A stretch of DNA of 64,000 nucleotides from IMG/VR virus record IMGVR_UViG_3300047553_000365, positions 1 through 64,000 of that record, one strand, 5' to 3'. The stretch comes from a virus. Below the pieces are notes generated by a model. That model saw nothing but the letters and a program-made list of their open reading frames with translations, ran no database searches and was not told the origin of the DNA. Shown here piece by piece: positions 63,130 through 64,000 of the stretch. The position numbers and the translations under genes are program-made. Numbering within the stretch: position 1 is the first letter of the stretch; each line of letters opens with the position of its first letter.

Positions 63130-63687
63130 TTACTTTACCCATTCGGTGTTATCTTCTCCAGTCCTAAAGTTTTCCTTAGTTTCAGCAGAAGTTACAATAA
63201 CCACTTCAATCTCTTTCTTTCCAAGGAACTTCAAAATCATTCCAGTAGGAAACATATTAATCATATCATCTGCTTGTCGTTTAATTTCCAATAGACGAGT
63301 CTGGGAAAATTGCCAATCCTTACGACCTGCCACAACAATGTTTTGTAGGTTCTTAAGAGTTTCAATTCTCTGAATAGATGGCACAGCTTCCGTTACCATT
63401 CCAACAGTTACCAATGCACCATCCCCAGCAGTATTACCCCCACGCGCATTAGCATAACCAGTAATGATATTAGTTAGTGCTTCCACTTCCTTATCGGAAA
63501 CATTTGCAGCTTCCTTAATTTGTTTTCGGGTATTATCCAAAACATTTTGGTTATCTACCTGAGTTGCTTTTGCTAGATTTTCCAATCTGGTATAACTATT
63601 AAAGCTACCAATTACTGAAAATAGGAGAATGATTCCAAGTAGAAGCACACCCCCCACGACTGTTCCTGCGATTATTAGTTTATTCAT
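63130..63687 (-). CDS. LemA-like protein
   Basis: N-terminal TM then FNSYTRLEN, helical bundle, MFPTGMIL. Confidence 0.6.
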   Translation of the reverse strand: MNKLIIAGTVVGGVLLLGIILLFSVIGSFNSYTRLENLAKATQVDNQNVLDNTRKQIKEAANVSDKEVEALTNIITGYANARGGNTAGDGALVTVGMVTEAVPSIQRIETLKNLQNIVVAGRKDWQFSQTRLLEIKRQADDMINMFPTGMILKFLGKKEIEVVIVTSAETKENFRTGEDNTEWVK

Positions 63688-63711
63688 ATGTGTATTGTAT
63701 TTCGGTTTTAA

Positions 63712-63999
63712 TTAAATTTTTGCAAGTTTGTTTTTAATTTCTACTAACCAAGCATCGTAGTTATTAAACACTGGAATTCCGTAACGCTGACAAACAATGT
63801 CTACATTACCCTTTCTCCAGAATTCATCAGGACAACATACAACCACTGATCTAGTATTTGCATACAGTCCAAGTTCCAGTAATGAAATAGGAGACTTAGT
63901 ATTAGGATCAAAATACAAAGCAATAATGTCTGCCTTATTAAGATGATCTAATTCCCAAGTTACCTGTTCATAGAATTGTGGATTGTTGAGTTCTTGTTT
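63712..63999 (-). CDS. nucleoside 2-deoxyribosyltransferase-like protein (5'-partial)
   Basis: QVTWELDHLNKADII..YF...SPISLLELG...FWRKGNVDIVC; frame open to the window edge. Confidence 0.85.
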   Translation of the reverse strand, partial: KQELNNPQFYEQVTWELDHLNKADIIALYFDPNTKSPISLLELGLYANTRSVVVCCPDEFWRKGNVDIVCQRYGIPVFNNYDAWLVEIKNKLAKI

Positions 64000-64000
64000 C

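Overview
AT-rich 64-kb segment of a large (jumbo, T4-like) tailed phage genome; no capsid, tail or replicase core genes are visible. 1-17 kb (+): tRNA island with 22 recognisable tRNAs (including a CUA amber-suppressor type), four HNH endonucleases, a 2H phosphoesterase (T4 gp57B/Acb1-like) and small accessory ORFs. 17.5-31 kb: lysis cassette, CCA-adding enzyme, and late-type genes (TAAATA motif) whose products share an N-terminal MKxFKxYFE leader resembling T4 capsid-targeting sequences. 31-64 kb (-): early/host-takeover region of small genes, with 19 copies of an ATTAAAACCG-N3-TAyAaT promoter motif usually 5-6 nt before an ATG (apparently leaderless mRNAs). It also holds four more tRNAs (Ile-CAU, Ile-UAU, a Leu with a 42-nt hairpin in the anticodon loop, Arg-UCU), a UvrD-like helicase, SprT-like proteins, Thg1 and a TROVE/Ro60-like vWA protein. 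Main finding: directly downstream of the Ro60-like gene is a separately promoted, terminated array of six tandem ncRNA units (58213-58796, minus). Each has a different but self-complementary closing stem and a conserved CAGCAAAU motif, and three carry a circularly permuted, anticodon-less tRNA domain (YrlA/Y-RNA architecture). This is a candidate phage Ro60-like protein plus polycistronic tRNA-mimic RNA system. All protein calls come from motif reading, not database searches.
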